Shown here piece after piece: positions 11,119 through 22,009 of a stretch of DNA of 36,115 bases (positions are counted from its first letter, which is position 1; each line of letters starts with the position of its first letter). The DNA comes from Thraustochytrium aureum (lineage: Eukaryota), in the NCBI GenBank assembly GCA_012862495.1, contig BLSG01000154.1, forward strand, positions 211,691-247,805. Reading direction: 5' to 3'. The notes under the pieces were generated by a model. That model was not told where the DNA came from. It saw nothing but the letters and a program-made list of their open reading frames with translations, and ran no database searches. The translations under genes and the position numbers were made by a program.

Positions 11119-12924
11119 CTCGTATCGGGCCTTCTCGCCAGCTGGCGCAGACCGGCGCGCCGGCTTCGACGAGGTCCAGCGTCAAGTGGGGGCCCCGCCC
11201 GCCCGAGCCAGCCCGGCCGCGGTCTCTCCAGGCCGCAAGAGGGCCGTCGAGCCGATCTCGCTGCCGCCGTCGTTCAATTCTCGCAGGCTGGCGCCGCGTC
11301 GCGGCTCGAGTGCCAGGGCCGCGGGAGGCAGGAAAAGCAAGCCGCTTTGTGCCAGCCGCCCGCCCTGCGAGGCCACAAGCAAGACCTGCTTCCGCGCGCG
11401 CGCGCAACTCTGCGGCGCCGGGACGCGGCTCGCAAAGGCCAGGCCTGCCCAGGCTCGCTCCAGAGAGCTCGTGGCCCCGGCAGAGCTGGCAGGATGGCGG
11501 CTTGGCGCGTCAAATGGCGTTTGGTGCCTGGCAGCTCGGGGATTCCACAAGGGGCAGGCAGAATGCAGGGCACACTGCATGCATGCATGGTGCGTCAACA
11601 AGCAAGAGCTGGCCATCATCATCGCACGGGCGTACACAGGGCGCGCTTCAGCCTGCACCAGAGGGAAGGAAGCGCGAAGGACTCGGAGGGGCTGCACGCC
11701 GATGCATGCTCGCTCGCCGCAATCAAGAGGGCCGTGAGGTATGCGGGGCATGAGGCGCGGCTTGGTCGGGACGGTGGTACAAAAAAAGCAGCTACCACAA
11801 AAATGCAAGTTCCCTCGCCGCCTTTGTGCTGCGCGTTCTCGCCAAGCGCGCGGAAGGAAGGATGGAAGGAGAGATGCGGGCGGGCTGGCGGGCGGGCACA
11901 AGTGTCACAAGTGTCGGTTGTCCTTGGTTGTCCATTCTGTTCCGGGTTCATCCATCGACGGCCCTCGCAGCGCCATGCGCGGCATGCATGCACGCGTGTA
12001 GTGACGCGGGCTCGCCGCGCGCGAGACGGCTGAGCGAACTCTCACGAGCAGCGTTGGTCTCCAACGAGTACTTACCGTAGAAGACGCTCGCAGGGGGCTG
12101 GCTGGCGGGCTGGCTGGCTGGCTCTACGGTGTTTGCCCGCGAGCGAGATGTGTGAACTTTCACCTCGACTTTCGCGGCCTTGACTCCATCGTCGAGCTCT
12201 CACGGTTTGCTTTGCCGGCAGCCGTGGGGTGCGGGGCTGCAAAGCAGCTCCGCGTCGTTGCAGATTTGGCACGCCCTTGCCAGTCACAGGCTGCCGCTCC
12301 GAGCGGTTGAAGTGTTTGTGTCATCAAGCGAAATGAAATGCAATGAAATGGCCAAGGCCACAAAACTGGGCTGGGGAAACAGCGGGGTTGAGACCCGGTA
12401 AGAGCCGCAACGACTATCTTCCCGTCTTTCATCGCCGCACGCGCAATCACGCCGCGCGTGATGCGGCGTGATGCGATGTTGGCGCGCGTGCCCGCATCCT
12501 GGCGCTCTGCTCAGAGCCGTCCTCGGGCGCCAAACGCCCTGCCAGTTGGCGCGTAGTCGCTCGCCCCTTGGGACTACTTAGATTGTGGCCCGCGGCAACC
12601 TGGTGCTCGAGTAGCGCGCAGTCGCAGCCTGGAAGTGTCAGCCGGTTGACATTCATCAATCGATCGACCGCACTGGCCGTCGTGCGCTTGTTTTTCGTGG
12701 CGGCACAGGCACAACGGTTTGCTTGTTTGTGCCGCGCGACTGCCGGCAAGAGCTGGGTGCCTTGGATGGCCTCGTGGCAAGATTATCGAACGACCGACAC
12801 GTGTCTGTCTGGTGGCGCAACAAAAACGTCCAAGCGAGGGCAACAAGGGCCTGCCTGATGAGGCACACAACCAACGATGATCCTTCTTTTGACTGCTCCG
12901 AGAAGGGTGCCTGGCCGGTCGAGC

Positions 12925-12997
12925 AGCTTGCGTCCAAGAGGCGAGCTTGCGTCCAAGAGGCCAGCTTGCGTCCAAGCGAGCTTGCGTCCAAGAGGCG
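12925..12997. repeat. Four-copy array of the core AGCTTGCGTCCAAG
   Basis: Cores start at 12925, 12944, 12963 and 12979 (spacing 19, 19, 16). Confidence 0.95.
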
Positions 12998-14254
12998 GGG
13001 AGGGGGCCTCGTCCGGGTCTGATTCTCCTTGTCCAGACCAGGGCGATTGATTTGCAGCAGCTAGCTCAACTCGAGCGGGTAGAAATGAATCTTTGGGACC
13101 CTCCAGATCACTCGAGGTGAAAGACACAGATCGACCCGCTTGCGACCCTTTCGAAGCAAAAAGGGCTGAGCGGCGGTCGCGGGCCCCTTTCGTTCTCCTT
13201 CCGCAAGTCTGCTCGCGCAGTGCGGCGGAGGACGACAANNNNNNNNNNNNNNNNNNNNNNNNNNNNNNNNNNNNNNNNNNNNNNNNNNNNNNNNNNNNNN
13301 NNNNNNNNNNNNNNNNNNNNNNNNNNNNNNNNNNNNNNNNNNNNNNNNNNNNNNNNNNNNNNNNNNNNNNNNNNNNNNNNNNNNNNNNNNNNNNNNNNNN
13401 NNNNNNNNNNNNNNNNNNNNNNNNNNNNNNNNNNNNNNNNNNNNNNNNNNNNNNNNNNNNNNNNNNNNNNNNNNNNNNNNNNNNNNNNNNNNNNNNNNNN
13501 NNNNNNNNNNNNNNNNNNNNNNNNNNNNNNNNNNNNNNNNNNNNNNNNNNNNNNNNNNNNNNNNNNNNNNNNNNNNNNNNNNNNNNNNNNNNNNNNNNNN
13601 NNNNNNNNNNNNNNNNNNNNNNNNNNNNNNNNNNNNNNNNNNNNNNNNNNNNNNNNNNNNNNNNNNNNNNNNNNNNNNNNNNNNNNNNNNNNNNNNNNNN
13701 NNNNNNNNNNNNNNNNNNNNNNNNNNNNNNNNNNNNNNNNNNNNNNNNNNNNNNNNNNNNNNNNNNNNNNNNNNNNNNNNNNNNNNNNNNNNNNNNNNNN
13801 NNNNNNNNNNNNNNNNNNNNNNNNNNNNNNNNNNNNNNNNNNNNNNNNNNNNNNNNNNNNNNNNNNNNNNNNNNNNNNNNNNNNNNNNNNNNNNNNNNNN
13901 NNNNNNNNNNNNNNNNNNNNNNNNNNNNNNNNNNNNNNNNNNNNNNNNNTACATGAATGGAGCGGAGAAGGAGTAGAATGGAGGAGCGGCAGGAGTAGAA
14001 ACAGATTGCAGTTTTGTTGAACTCGTTGGAAAAATCCGGTGTTCAGATACGGACAGGACGATCGATCGGAAGGGATCGGATCCGATCCTTGTTTGGTACA
14101 GCAGCGCGCGGTTTCGAGAGACACGCGATCAGGGAAACAAATTTTGGGCCTTGCTGCCTGACGGCGACGCGACATCGACAGACAGAGACCAATGCAAAGG
14201 CTAGGCCTATGCGTAGCGCGCGCGGTTCCTTCATTTGAGAAGCGACAAGCTTGA

Positions 14255-14825
14255 TCAGAACCCGGAAAAGTTGAACCCTGTGCCGACCGCGGCTGGAATG
14301 GCCTGCTGCGGCTGGCCAAAGGCCGCACCAAAGTCGCTTGCTCCCTCTTGCTTTGTTGTAAAGGTGAAGGCGTTGCAGCCATCCTCGACGACCGGGGCAA
14401 TGTTCTCGTCCTCATCGTCGCCATCCTCGGTGCCAAAGTACTCTTCGATGATGCGGCGCGCGCTCTCGTAAATCTCGACACTCACGTGGCTCTGCAGCTC
14501 TTCAAGAATATCAAGACCGCCGCACTCCTCGACGCGCGGCGCGTAGCTGGCAGCGTCGACCTTGAGGATGGCGTCCAATGCGCCGAGGGCGACAGAGGTC
14601 ACCTTGGCGTCGTGGCAGTCTAGCGTTTCGCAGAGCGGCCCGATGGCGCCGCACCGCTCGACGATGCAGATGACGTGCTCTGGCGAACCGCCTGTGCAAA
14701 TGTTGGACACAGCCCATGCCGCCTCCTTGCGCAGCAGCCACTCGCCGTGCGCGAGCGCGTCCACAATGGCCTCGGGGAGGCCCGGCATGGCCAGAAAGGC
14801 CCCAATCTGAGCCTTGGTTCCCGCC
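14255..14825 (-). CDS. KPNA: Importin-alpha, second (more canonical) copy; only the C-terminal part is visible, the rest lies in gap 14826-15771
   Basis: RKEAAWAVSNICTGG, VEECGGLDILEELQSHVSVEIYESARRIIEEYFG, acidic stretch and terminal GFNF motif, all typical of importin-alpha. Confidence 0.92.
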
Positions 14826-16319
14826 NNNNNNNNNNNNNNNNNNNNNNNNNNNNNNNNNNNNNNNNNNNNNNNNNNNNNNNNNNNNNNNNNNNNNNNNNNN
14901 NNNNNNNNNNNNNNNNNNNNNNNNNNNNNNNNNNNNNNNNNNNNNNNNNNNNNNNNNNNNNNNNNNNNNNNNNNNNNNNNNNNNNNNNNNNNNNNNNNNN
15001 NNNNNNNNNNNNNNNNNNNNNNNNNNNNNNNNNNNNNNNNNNNNNNNNNNNNNNNNNNNNNNNNNNNNNNNNNNNNNNNNNNNNNNNNNNNNNNNNNNNN
15101 NNNNNNNNNNNNNNNNNNNNNNNNNNNNNNNNNNNNNNNNNNNNNNNNNNNNNNNNNNNNNNNNNNNNNNNNNNNNNNNNNNNNNNNNNNNNNNNNNNNN
15201 NNNNNNNNNNNNNNNNNNNNNNNNNNNNNNNNNNNNNNNNNNNNNNNNNNNNNNNNNNNNNNNNNNNNNNNNNNNNNNNNNNNNNNNNNNNNNNNNNNNN
15301 NNNNNNNNNNNNNNNNNNNNNNNNNNNNNNNNNNNNNNNNNNNNNNNNNNNNNNNNNNNNNNNNNNNNNNNNNNNNNNNNNNNNNNNNNNNNNNNNNNNN
15401 NNNNNNNNNNNNNNNNNNNNNNNNNNNNNNNNNNNNNNNNNNNNNNNNNNNNNNNNNNNNNNNNNNNNNNNNNNNNNNNNNNNNNNNNNNNNNNNNNNNN
15501 NNNNNNNNNNNNNNNNNNNNNNNNNNNNNNNNNNNNNNNNNNNNNNNNNNNNNNNNNNNNNNNNNNNNNNNNNNNNNNNNNNNNNNNNNNNNNNNNNNNN
15601 NNNNNNNNNNNNNNNNNNNNNNNNNNNNNNNNNNNNNNNNNNNNNNNNNNNNNNNNNNNNNNNNNNNNNNNNNNNNNNNNNNNNNNNNNNNNNNNNNNNN
15701 NNNNNNNNNNNNNNNNNNNNNNNNNNNNNNNNNNNNNNNNNNNNNNNNNNNNNNNNNNNNNNNNNNNNNNNNTGGTGGGCTTGGGCTACGCTGGTCTGGT
15801 CGTTGTTGCTTGGGTGCTTGGCTGCTTCAAAAGTTGTTTGGTTGCTTGCTGGTGTTGGGGTCTGCTTGCTCCGTGGACTGCCTCGGCCTCGTCCGCTCAG
15901 CGAGCGAGGAGCGAGGAAACGATCGATGTTGAAGGGCGGTTCGCCAAAATGGAAGAGGAGCAAGGGCTGGCGCTGCTGGGCCGGCACACCCCAGCAGAAG
16001 CGTTTCGCGGGGTGGGGCCACTAGCAGTTGCTACCCGAAATGCCTATACACCGCGTCGGACGCAACCGCGTTGACGCATCTGCGAGTAGCTGCATGCGAA
16101 CCAACGTGACCCCTGGCGCAGCTCCACCACTGGCAGCGAGCGGCCACAACGCGGATCCGACCCGAGCGCATGGCGGACGGACGGAAGGAAGGAAGGCGCA
16201 TGGCTGCTTTTTCTTTTCTCCACTTTCGATTGATTTGTAAAGTTCCCCGGTCGCTCGCTCTACGTAGTGGACCACTCGCTCCTAGAGTTAGCAGTTCGCA
16301 GAATACCTGCAGACCACCT

Positions 16320-17747
16320 CTACGCGGACTCTGCGTTTGGGGTCTCGACGCCGACGACCGGCTTGGCGCCAGGCGGAAGCTTGATGCCGAGACGCTCAAA
16401 GTGGCCCTGGATGTAGACCTGCAGCGAGTTTGCGGCCTTGTAGTACGGCGTGTCCGGGTGGTTGTACTTGCGGCAGTTCTCGCACATCTTCTCCAGGTCA
16501 AAGTAGAACGTGTCAAACGTCTTGTAGTACTGCCCATGCTCCAGGCGCTTCTTGATCAGCGACAAATCGATGGGCTCGTGCACAACCTCGAGATAGTCGG
16601 TGACCGTGTCGGGAACGGGCTCGTGGAAGGGCCAAGAGTCCTTGTGCGCCCGGATGTGCCGGTAAAGGGTCTGCAGCAGGCTGGCGCGGTAGTATCGCTT
16701 TGCCTCTTCGTCCAAGTTTTCGTCGATGCCCTCGTTGGGGCCCAGCTCACGGTACCGTGGCCCGGCGCTGGCCAACGCGAGCGGCAGGATACGCGACAGG
16801 CCGCGAACTGGAACGGCCCAGCCCGCTTCGCGCACCCCCGGGACCTGCTCCACGACGTTGGTGACGACGCTGCCCTCGCGAAACACCGTGAGCCCCGGGC
16901 GCACGATGTGCGACTTGGAGGCAGCTTTGATGCGTTCGTAGAGAAACTTGCGCTGCGAGGCGATCATCTCGGGGATGTGCAGGTAGTCGACGTATTCGTT
17001 AATGGCGCACTCCATGAGCGTTCCGCCGTCATAGTCCTTGATGTAGGCGCGCCACCGCTCGCGCGGCATCGTGATCGCCTTGGTGAACCCCTGCTTGCGA
17101 AAGTACCCGATCGCGTAGTTGTCCGCGTACGTGAGAAAGTGCGTGAGCCGGATCGTCTTGACGTACTCCTTCAGGTGGTTCATAATCAGGGTCCCAAACC
17201 CTCGCACCTGGTGCGACGCGGAGACAGCCAGAAAGGCGATCTCCGCAAACCTCTGCGGCAGGTACGGCCGGAAGCAGACGCCGCCCACAACCTGGTCGCT
17301 CTTGATGCAGACCAGCGTGAAGTGCTTGCGGTCCATCACTAGGCGCACTATGTACTCGCGTGGCATCTTGGGGAGCTGCTTGGCGAAGATTTCCTTGGCG
17401 TTGATGAGCCAGACCAGATTTGTTTCCGACCCGTCGTTGGTGACCACCACAAAGCGCATGCCGTCCTTGCCTGCGACCTCGGTGCGAGCAGCCGGCTTGG
17501 CGCGTTTCGCGTCTGGGGCGCCGCCCGCCGCCCCCGCCGACTGGCCAGCTCCATCGCCCGTGCCGCTCTCGCCCGCCTCGCAGGCCGCTTGGCCGCGGCG
17601 GCTCGCGTTTCGACCGCTGCCGCGGCCCCGCTAGCCAGTGCATCGGCGTGGGTCGCGCATGTTTTCGCGAGGTCTTGCGTCAGACCCGCTGCCAACGCCT
17701 CGTGCGCCGCGCCCGTCCCGCACCACGAGCACATGGCAGCAACAGCG
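16320..17747 (-). CDS. GCN5: Histone acetyltransferase GCN5 (GNAT HAT plus bromodomain); the N-terminus probably continues through an apparent frameshift at ~17585 into the gap
   Basis: IFAKQLPKMPREYIVRLV, FAEIAF (catalytic Glu), QVRGFGTLIMNHLK, FLTYADNYAIGYFRKQGF and IKDYDGGTLMEC. Bromodomain SWPFHEPV...DYLEVVHEPIDL...NCRKYN. Core ORF is 16320-17459. Confidence 0.95.
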
Positions 17748-19261
17748 NNNNNNNNNNNNNNNNNNNNNNNNNNNNNNNNNNNNNNNNNNNNNNNNNNNNN
17801 NNNNNNNNNNNNNNNNNNNNNNNNNNNNNNNNNNNNNNNNNNNNNNNNNNNNNNNNNNNNNNNNNNNNNNNNNNNNNNNNNNNNNNNNNNNNNNNNNNNN
17901 NNNNNNNNNNNNNNNNNNNNNNNNNNNNNNNNNNNNNNNNNNNNNNNNNNNNNNNNNNNNNNNNNNNNNNNNNNNNNNNNNNNNNNNNNNNNNNNNNNNN
18001 NNNNNNNNNNNNNNNNNNNNNNNNNNNNNNNNNNNNNNNNNNNNNNNNNNNNNNNNNNNNNNNNNNNNNNNNNNNNNNNNNNNNNNNNNNNNNNNNNNNN
18101 NNNNNNNNNNNNNNNNNNNNNNNNNNNNNNNNNNNNNNNNNNNNNNNNNNNNNNNNNNNNNNNNNNNNNNNNNNNNNNNNNNNNNNNNNNNNNNNNNNNN
18201 NNNNNNNNNNNNNNNNNNNNNNNNNNNNNNNNNNNNNNNNNNNNNNNNNNNNNNNNNNNNNNNNNNNNNNNNNNNNNNNNNNNNNNNNNNNNNNNNNNNN
18301 NNNNNNNNNNNNNNNNNNNNNNNNNNNNNNNNNNNNNNNNNNNNNNNNNNNNNNNNNNNNNNNNNNNNNNNNNNNNNNNNNNNNNNNNNNNNNNNNNNNN
18401 NNNNNNNNNNNNNNNNNNNNNNNNNNNNNNNNNNNNNNNNNNNNNNNNNNNNNNNNNNNNNNNNNNNNNNNNNNNNNNNNNNNNNNNNNNNNNNNNNNNN
18501 NNNNNNNNNNNNNNNNNNNNNNNNNNNNNNNNNNNNNNNNNNNNNNNNNNNNNNNNNNNNNNNNNNNNNNNNNNNNNNNNNNNNNNNNNNNNNNNNNNNN
18601 NNNNNNNNNNNNNNNCTCTGTCTATTCACCCGAGAGTAAGTAGGAGTAGTGCCTCTGCAGACCAGACCGGAGTTTCTCGCGATAGCAGAAGACGATGAAT
18701 CTGCGATCACAAGTCGTGAGTCGTGACGCCATGATGGGTGCTGGGCACACCCTCCCAGCCTCGACAACAGACGAGCTCGAGCTCTTCTGCCTCCGAGTCG
18801 TCCCTCACACACGTCACTCACTGGCAGGCAGGCAGGCAGGCCACCACCAATCCGAGCGCCGTTCGCGGAGCGTCACAGACGCCGTCACAAGATGACTCTC
18901 TGTGCGCCGAGGCACAGCCAGACAGACTCGAGGAAGTTTACCTGGATGGAGACGCCTCTCTGCGCCAGCCAGCCAGCCAGCCAGCCACCAGCCAAGCGCG
19001 CGTCCGTCTTTGTTTGTTCGATTGCTTGTTGTTGTTGTTTGTTTCCTTCGCCTTGGAGGATGCGCTTGTGGTGACGGCCGAAGACGGACGCGCCCACCAC
19101 CTCCTCCTCGGGCCTTCTTCATGACGATGCTCGGCACTCGAATCGATGATTCGGCCGCCAGTGCAGCAGACACCCAAGACGCCCAAGCAGTGCGGAGCGA
19201 GCGAGCAGAAACCCGACCGACCGAGCGGACGAGACCTCGTTGAGCGAGCACAGCGCAAACC

Positions 19262-20626
19262 ATGTCGCTCGTTGGCGCCACCCCGCTGGAGCAGCATGAC
19301 CCCGAGATGTTCGAGCTGATCAAGGCCGAGGCGGCGCGCCAGAAGGGCGGCCTCGAGCTGATCGCCTCCGAAAACTTCACCAGCACTGCCGTGATGGAGT
19401 GCCTGGGCAGCTGCCTGACCAACAAGTACGCAGAGGGCCTCCCAGGGAAGCGGTACTATGGCGGCAACCAGGTGATCGACCAGATCGAAGTGCTCTGCCA
19501 GACGCGCGCCCTCCAGGCGTTCCGCGCCGACCCCGAGAAGTGGGGCGTCAACGTGCAGCCGTACTCTGGCAGCCCCGCAAACTTTGCCGTCTTTACGGCG
19601 CTGCTCAAGCCGCACGACCGCATCATGGGCCTCGACCTGCCCTCGGGCGGCCACCTCACGCACGGCTTTCGCTCCTTCAACAAGAAGACCGGCGAGATGA
19701 AGTCCATCTCGGCGACCTCGGTCTACTTTGAGTCGCTGCCCTACACCGTCGACCCGGAGACCGGGCTCCTCGACTACGACGCGCTGGCCCACCTCGCCGA
19801 CGTCTTCAAGCCCAACATTCTCATCTGCGGCGGGTCGGCGTACCCGCGCGAGTGGGACTATGCCAAGTTCCGCAAGATCGCCGACGACAACGGCGCCATC
19901 CTCATGTGCGACATGGCCCACATTAGCGGCCTGGTGGCCACCGAGGAGGCCGCCTCGCCCTTTGAGCTCTGCGACATCGTGACCACCACAACGCACAAGT
20001 CGCTCCGCGGGCCGCGCGCGGGCCTTATCTTCTACCGCAAGGACGAGCGCGACTTTGAGTCCAAGATTAACTGGGCGGTGTTTCCCGCGCTGCAGGGCGG
20101 CCCCCACGAGCACCAGATTGCGGGCGTGGCCACGCAGCTCAAGGAGGTCATGACCCCCGAGTTTAAGGAGTACGCCGCCCAGGTGAAGAAGAACTGCCGC
20201 GCCCTTGCCGCCGCCCTCGTCTCGAAGGGTTACAAGCTCGCCACCGGTGGGACCGACAACCACCTCATCCTCTGGGACCTGCGCCCGCTTGACCTCACCG
20301 GGTCCAAGGTCGAGACGCTCTGCGACCGCTGCCACATCACGCTCAACAAAAACTCGATCTGCGGCGACAAGTCGGCCCTCTCGCCCGGCGGCGTGCGCAT
20401 TGGTGCGCCCGCGCTCACCACGCGTGGCTTCAAGGAGGCCGACTTTGAGAAGGTAGCCGAGTTCCTTGACCGCGCCGTCAAGCTCGCTCTGGAAATCCAG
20501 AAGAGCACGGGCAAGCCGATCAAGGCCTTCATGGCTGCCCTTGACAGCAGCGAAGAGCTCAAGCAGCTCGAGAAGGACGTGCACGAGTTTGCCAATGCCT
20601 TCCCGATGCCCGGCTTGGGCTTCTAA
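19262..20626 (+). CDS. SHMT: Serine hydroxymethyltransferase, probably cytosolic
   Basis: [51 protein letters not shown] and the PLP-lysine motif [14 protein letters not shown]. 454 aa, no intron, no N-terminal targeting extension, very high GC3. Confidence 0.98.
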   Translation: MSLVGATPLEQHDPEMFELIKAEAARQKGGLELIASENFTSTAVMECLGSCLTNKYAEGLPGKRYYGGNQVIDQIEVLCQTRALQAFRADPEKWGVNVQPYSGSPANFAVFTALLKPHDRIMGLDLPSGGHLTHGFRSFNKKTGEMKSISATSVYFESLPYTVDPETGLLDYDALAHLADVFKPNILICGGSAYPREWDYAKFRKIADDNGAILMCDMAHISGLVATEEAASPFELCDIVTTTTHKSLRGPRAGLIFYRKDERDFESKINWAVFPALQGGPHEHQIAGVATQLKEVMTPEFKEYAAQVKKNCRALAAALVSKGYKLATGGTDNHLILWDLRPLDLTGSKVETLCDRCHITLNKNSICGDKSALSPGGVRIGAPALTTRGFKEADFEKVAEFLDRAVKLALEIQKSTGKPIKAFMAALDSSEELKQLEKDVHEFANAFPMPGLGF

Positions 20627-22009
20627 AGGTGCCAGCGAGGTGCCGGCCTGGCTCGCCTTTCGCAGAGCCGCTCGCCGGCCGCGGACGCCACTCTTGGGAC
20701 GGCCCTTCGTTGAGCGGCTCGTCCGTTCAGAGGCGACTGAGCCCTCCACTGAGACCTCAACTGAGACGTGATGCGATGCGCGAGGCCCGCCATGCCCTGC
20801 CATGGCGCGCCGACGCTGCTCCAAGACTATAAAGTCTTCCAACTGACCGACGCTTTGTCGCTGCTACGCGCGCGACCGTGTCTGTGCGTGTGCTCGCGGC
20901 GAAGGAGCTCCAACGTGAGCTGTCACCGCTCCTGCACTATTTGCCCTATACAACACTCGACGCATCCCGGCATCGGGCGGCTTCACCGATCATAGCAAAA
21001 GCACATTCGCGCATTTTTTTCCCCACTTCCTGCGGACCTCCAACGTCACGCAACGCGCGCAGCTGCGTTCTGCCGCGACAAGGCCAAGACAAGAAAAGAC
21101 AAAGAAAGAAAGAAGGAGCTCTAGTTGGGTCCATTGAACGAGATGCTCNNNNNNNNNNNNNNNNNNNNNNNNNNNNNNNNNNNNNNNNNNNNNNNNNNNN
21201 NNNNNNNNNNNNNNNNNNNNNNNNNNNNNNNNNNNNNNNNNNNNNNNNNNNNNNNNNNNNNNNNNNNNNNNNNNNNNNNNNNNNNNNNNNNNNNNNNNNN
21301 NNNNNNNNNNNNNNNNNNNNNNNNNNNNNNNNNNNNNNNNNNNNNNNNNNNNNNNNNNNNNNNNNNNNNNNNNNNNNNNNNNNNNNNNNNNNNNNNNNNN
21401 NNNNNNNNNNNNNNNNNNNNNNNNNNNNNNNNNNNNNNNNNNNNNNNNNNNNNNNNNNNNNNNNNNNNNNNNNNNNNNNNNNNNNNNNNNNNNNNNNNNN
21501 NNNNNNNNNNNNNNNNNNNNNNNNNNNNNNNNNNNNNNNNNNNNNNNNNNNNNNNNNNNNNNNNNNNNNNNNNNNNNNNNNNNNNNNNNNNNNNNNNNNN
21601 NNNNNNNNNNNNNNNNNNNNNNNNNNNNNNNNNNNNNNNNNNNNNNNNNNNNNNNNNNNNNNNNNNNNNNNNNNNNNNNNNNNNNNNNNNNNNNNNNNNN
21701 NNNNNNNNNNNNNNNNNNNNNNNNNNNNNNNNNNNNNNNNNNNNNNNNNNNNNNNNNNNNNNNNNNNNNNNNNNNNNNNNNNNNNNNNNNNNNNNNNNNN
21801 NNNNNNNNNNNNNNNNNNNNNNNNNNNNNNNNNNNNNNNNNNNNNNNNNNNNNNNNNNNNNNNNNNNNNNNNNNNNNNNNNNNNNNNNNNNNNNNNNNNN
21901 NNNNNNNNNNNNNNNNNNNNNNNNNNNNNNNNNNNNNNNNNNNNNNNNNNNNNNNNNNNNNNNNNNNNNNNNNNNNNNNNNNNNNNNNNNNNNNNNNNNN
22001 NNNNNNNNN

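Noticed and set aside
11119..11901. In-frame upstream ORF separated from importin copy 1 by a single TGA (11182-11184)
   Set aside because: The upstream translation has no recognisable motif, and ATG 11118 already gives a normal IBB position and length.
12925..12997. CRISPR-like repeat array
   Set aside because: Spacers are only 2-5 nt, the context is eukaryotic and there are no cas genes.
13061..14481. Long ORFs spanning N-runs (also at 14.6-16.0, 17.6-18.8, 20.9-22.1, 31.0-32.0 and 32.6-33.8 kb)
   Set aside because: Their length comes from translating Ns, and frame across a gap is meaningless.
18938..20842. 634-aa antisense ORF over SHMT, and similar long antisense ORFs over SNX, GCN5, GST and the EF-hand gene
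   Set aside because: These are shadow ORFs expected from high GC3 codon bias, and they contain no recognisable motifs.
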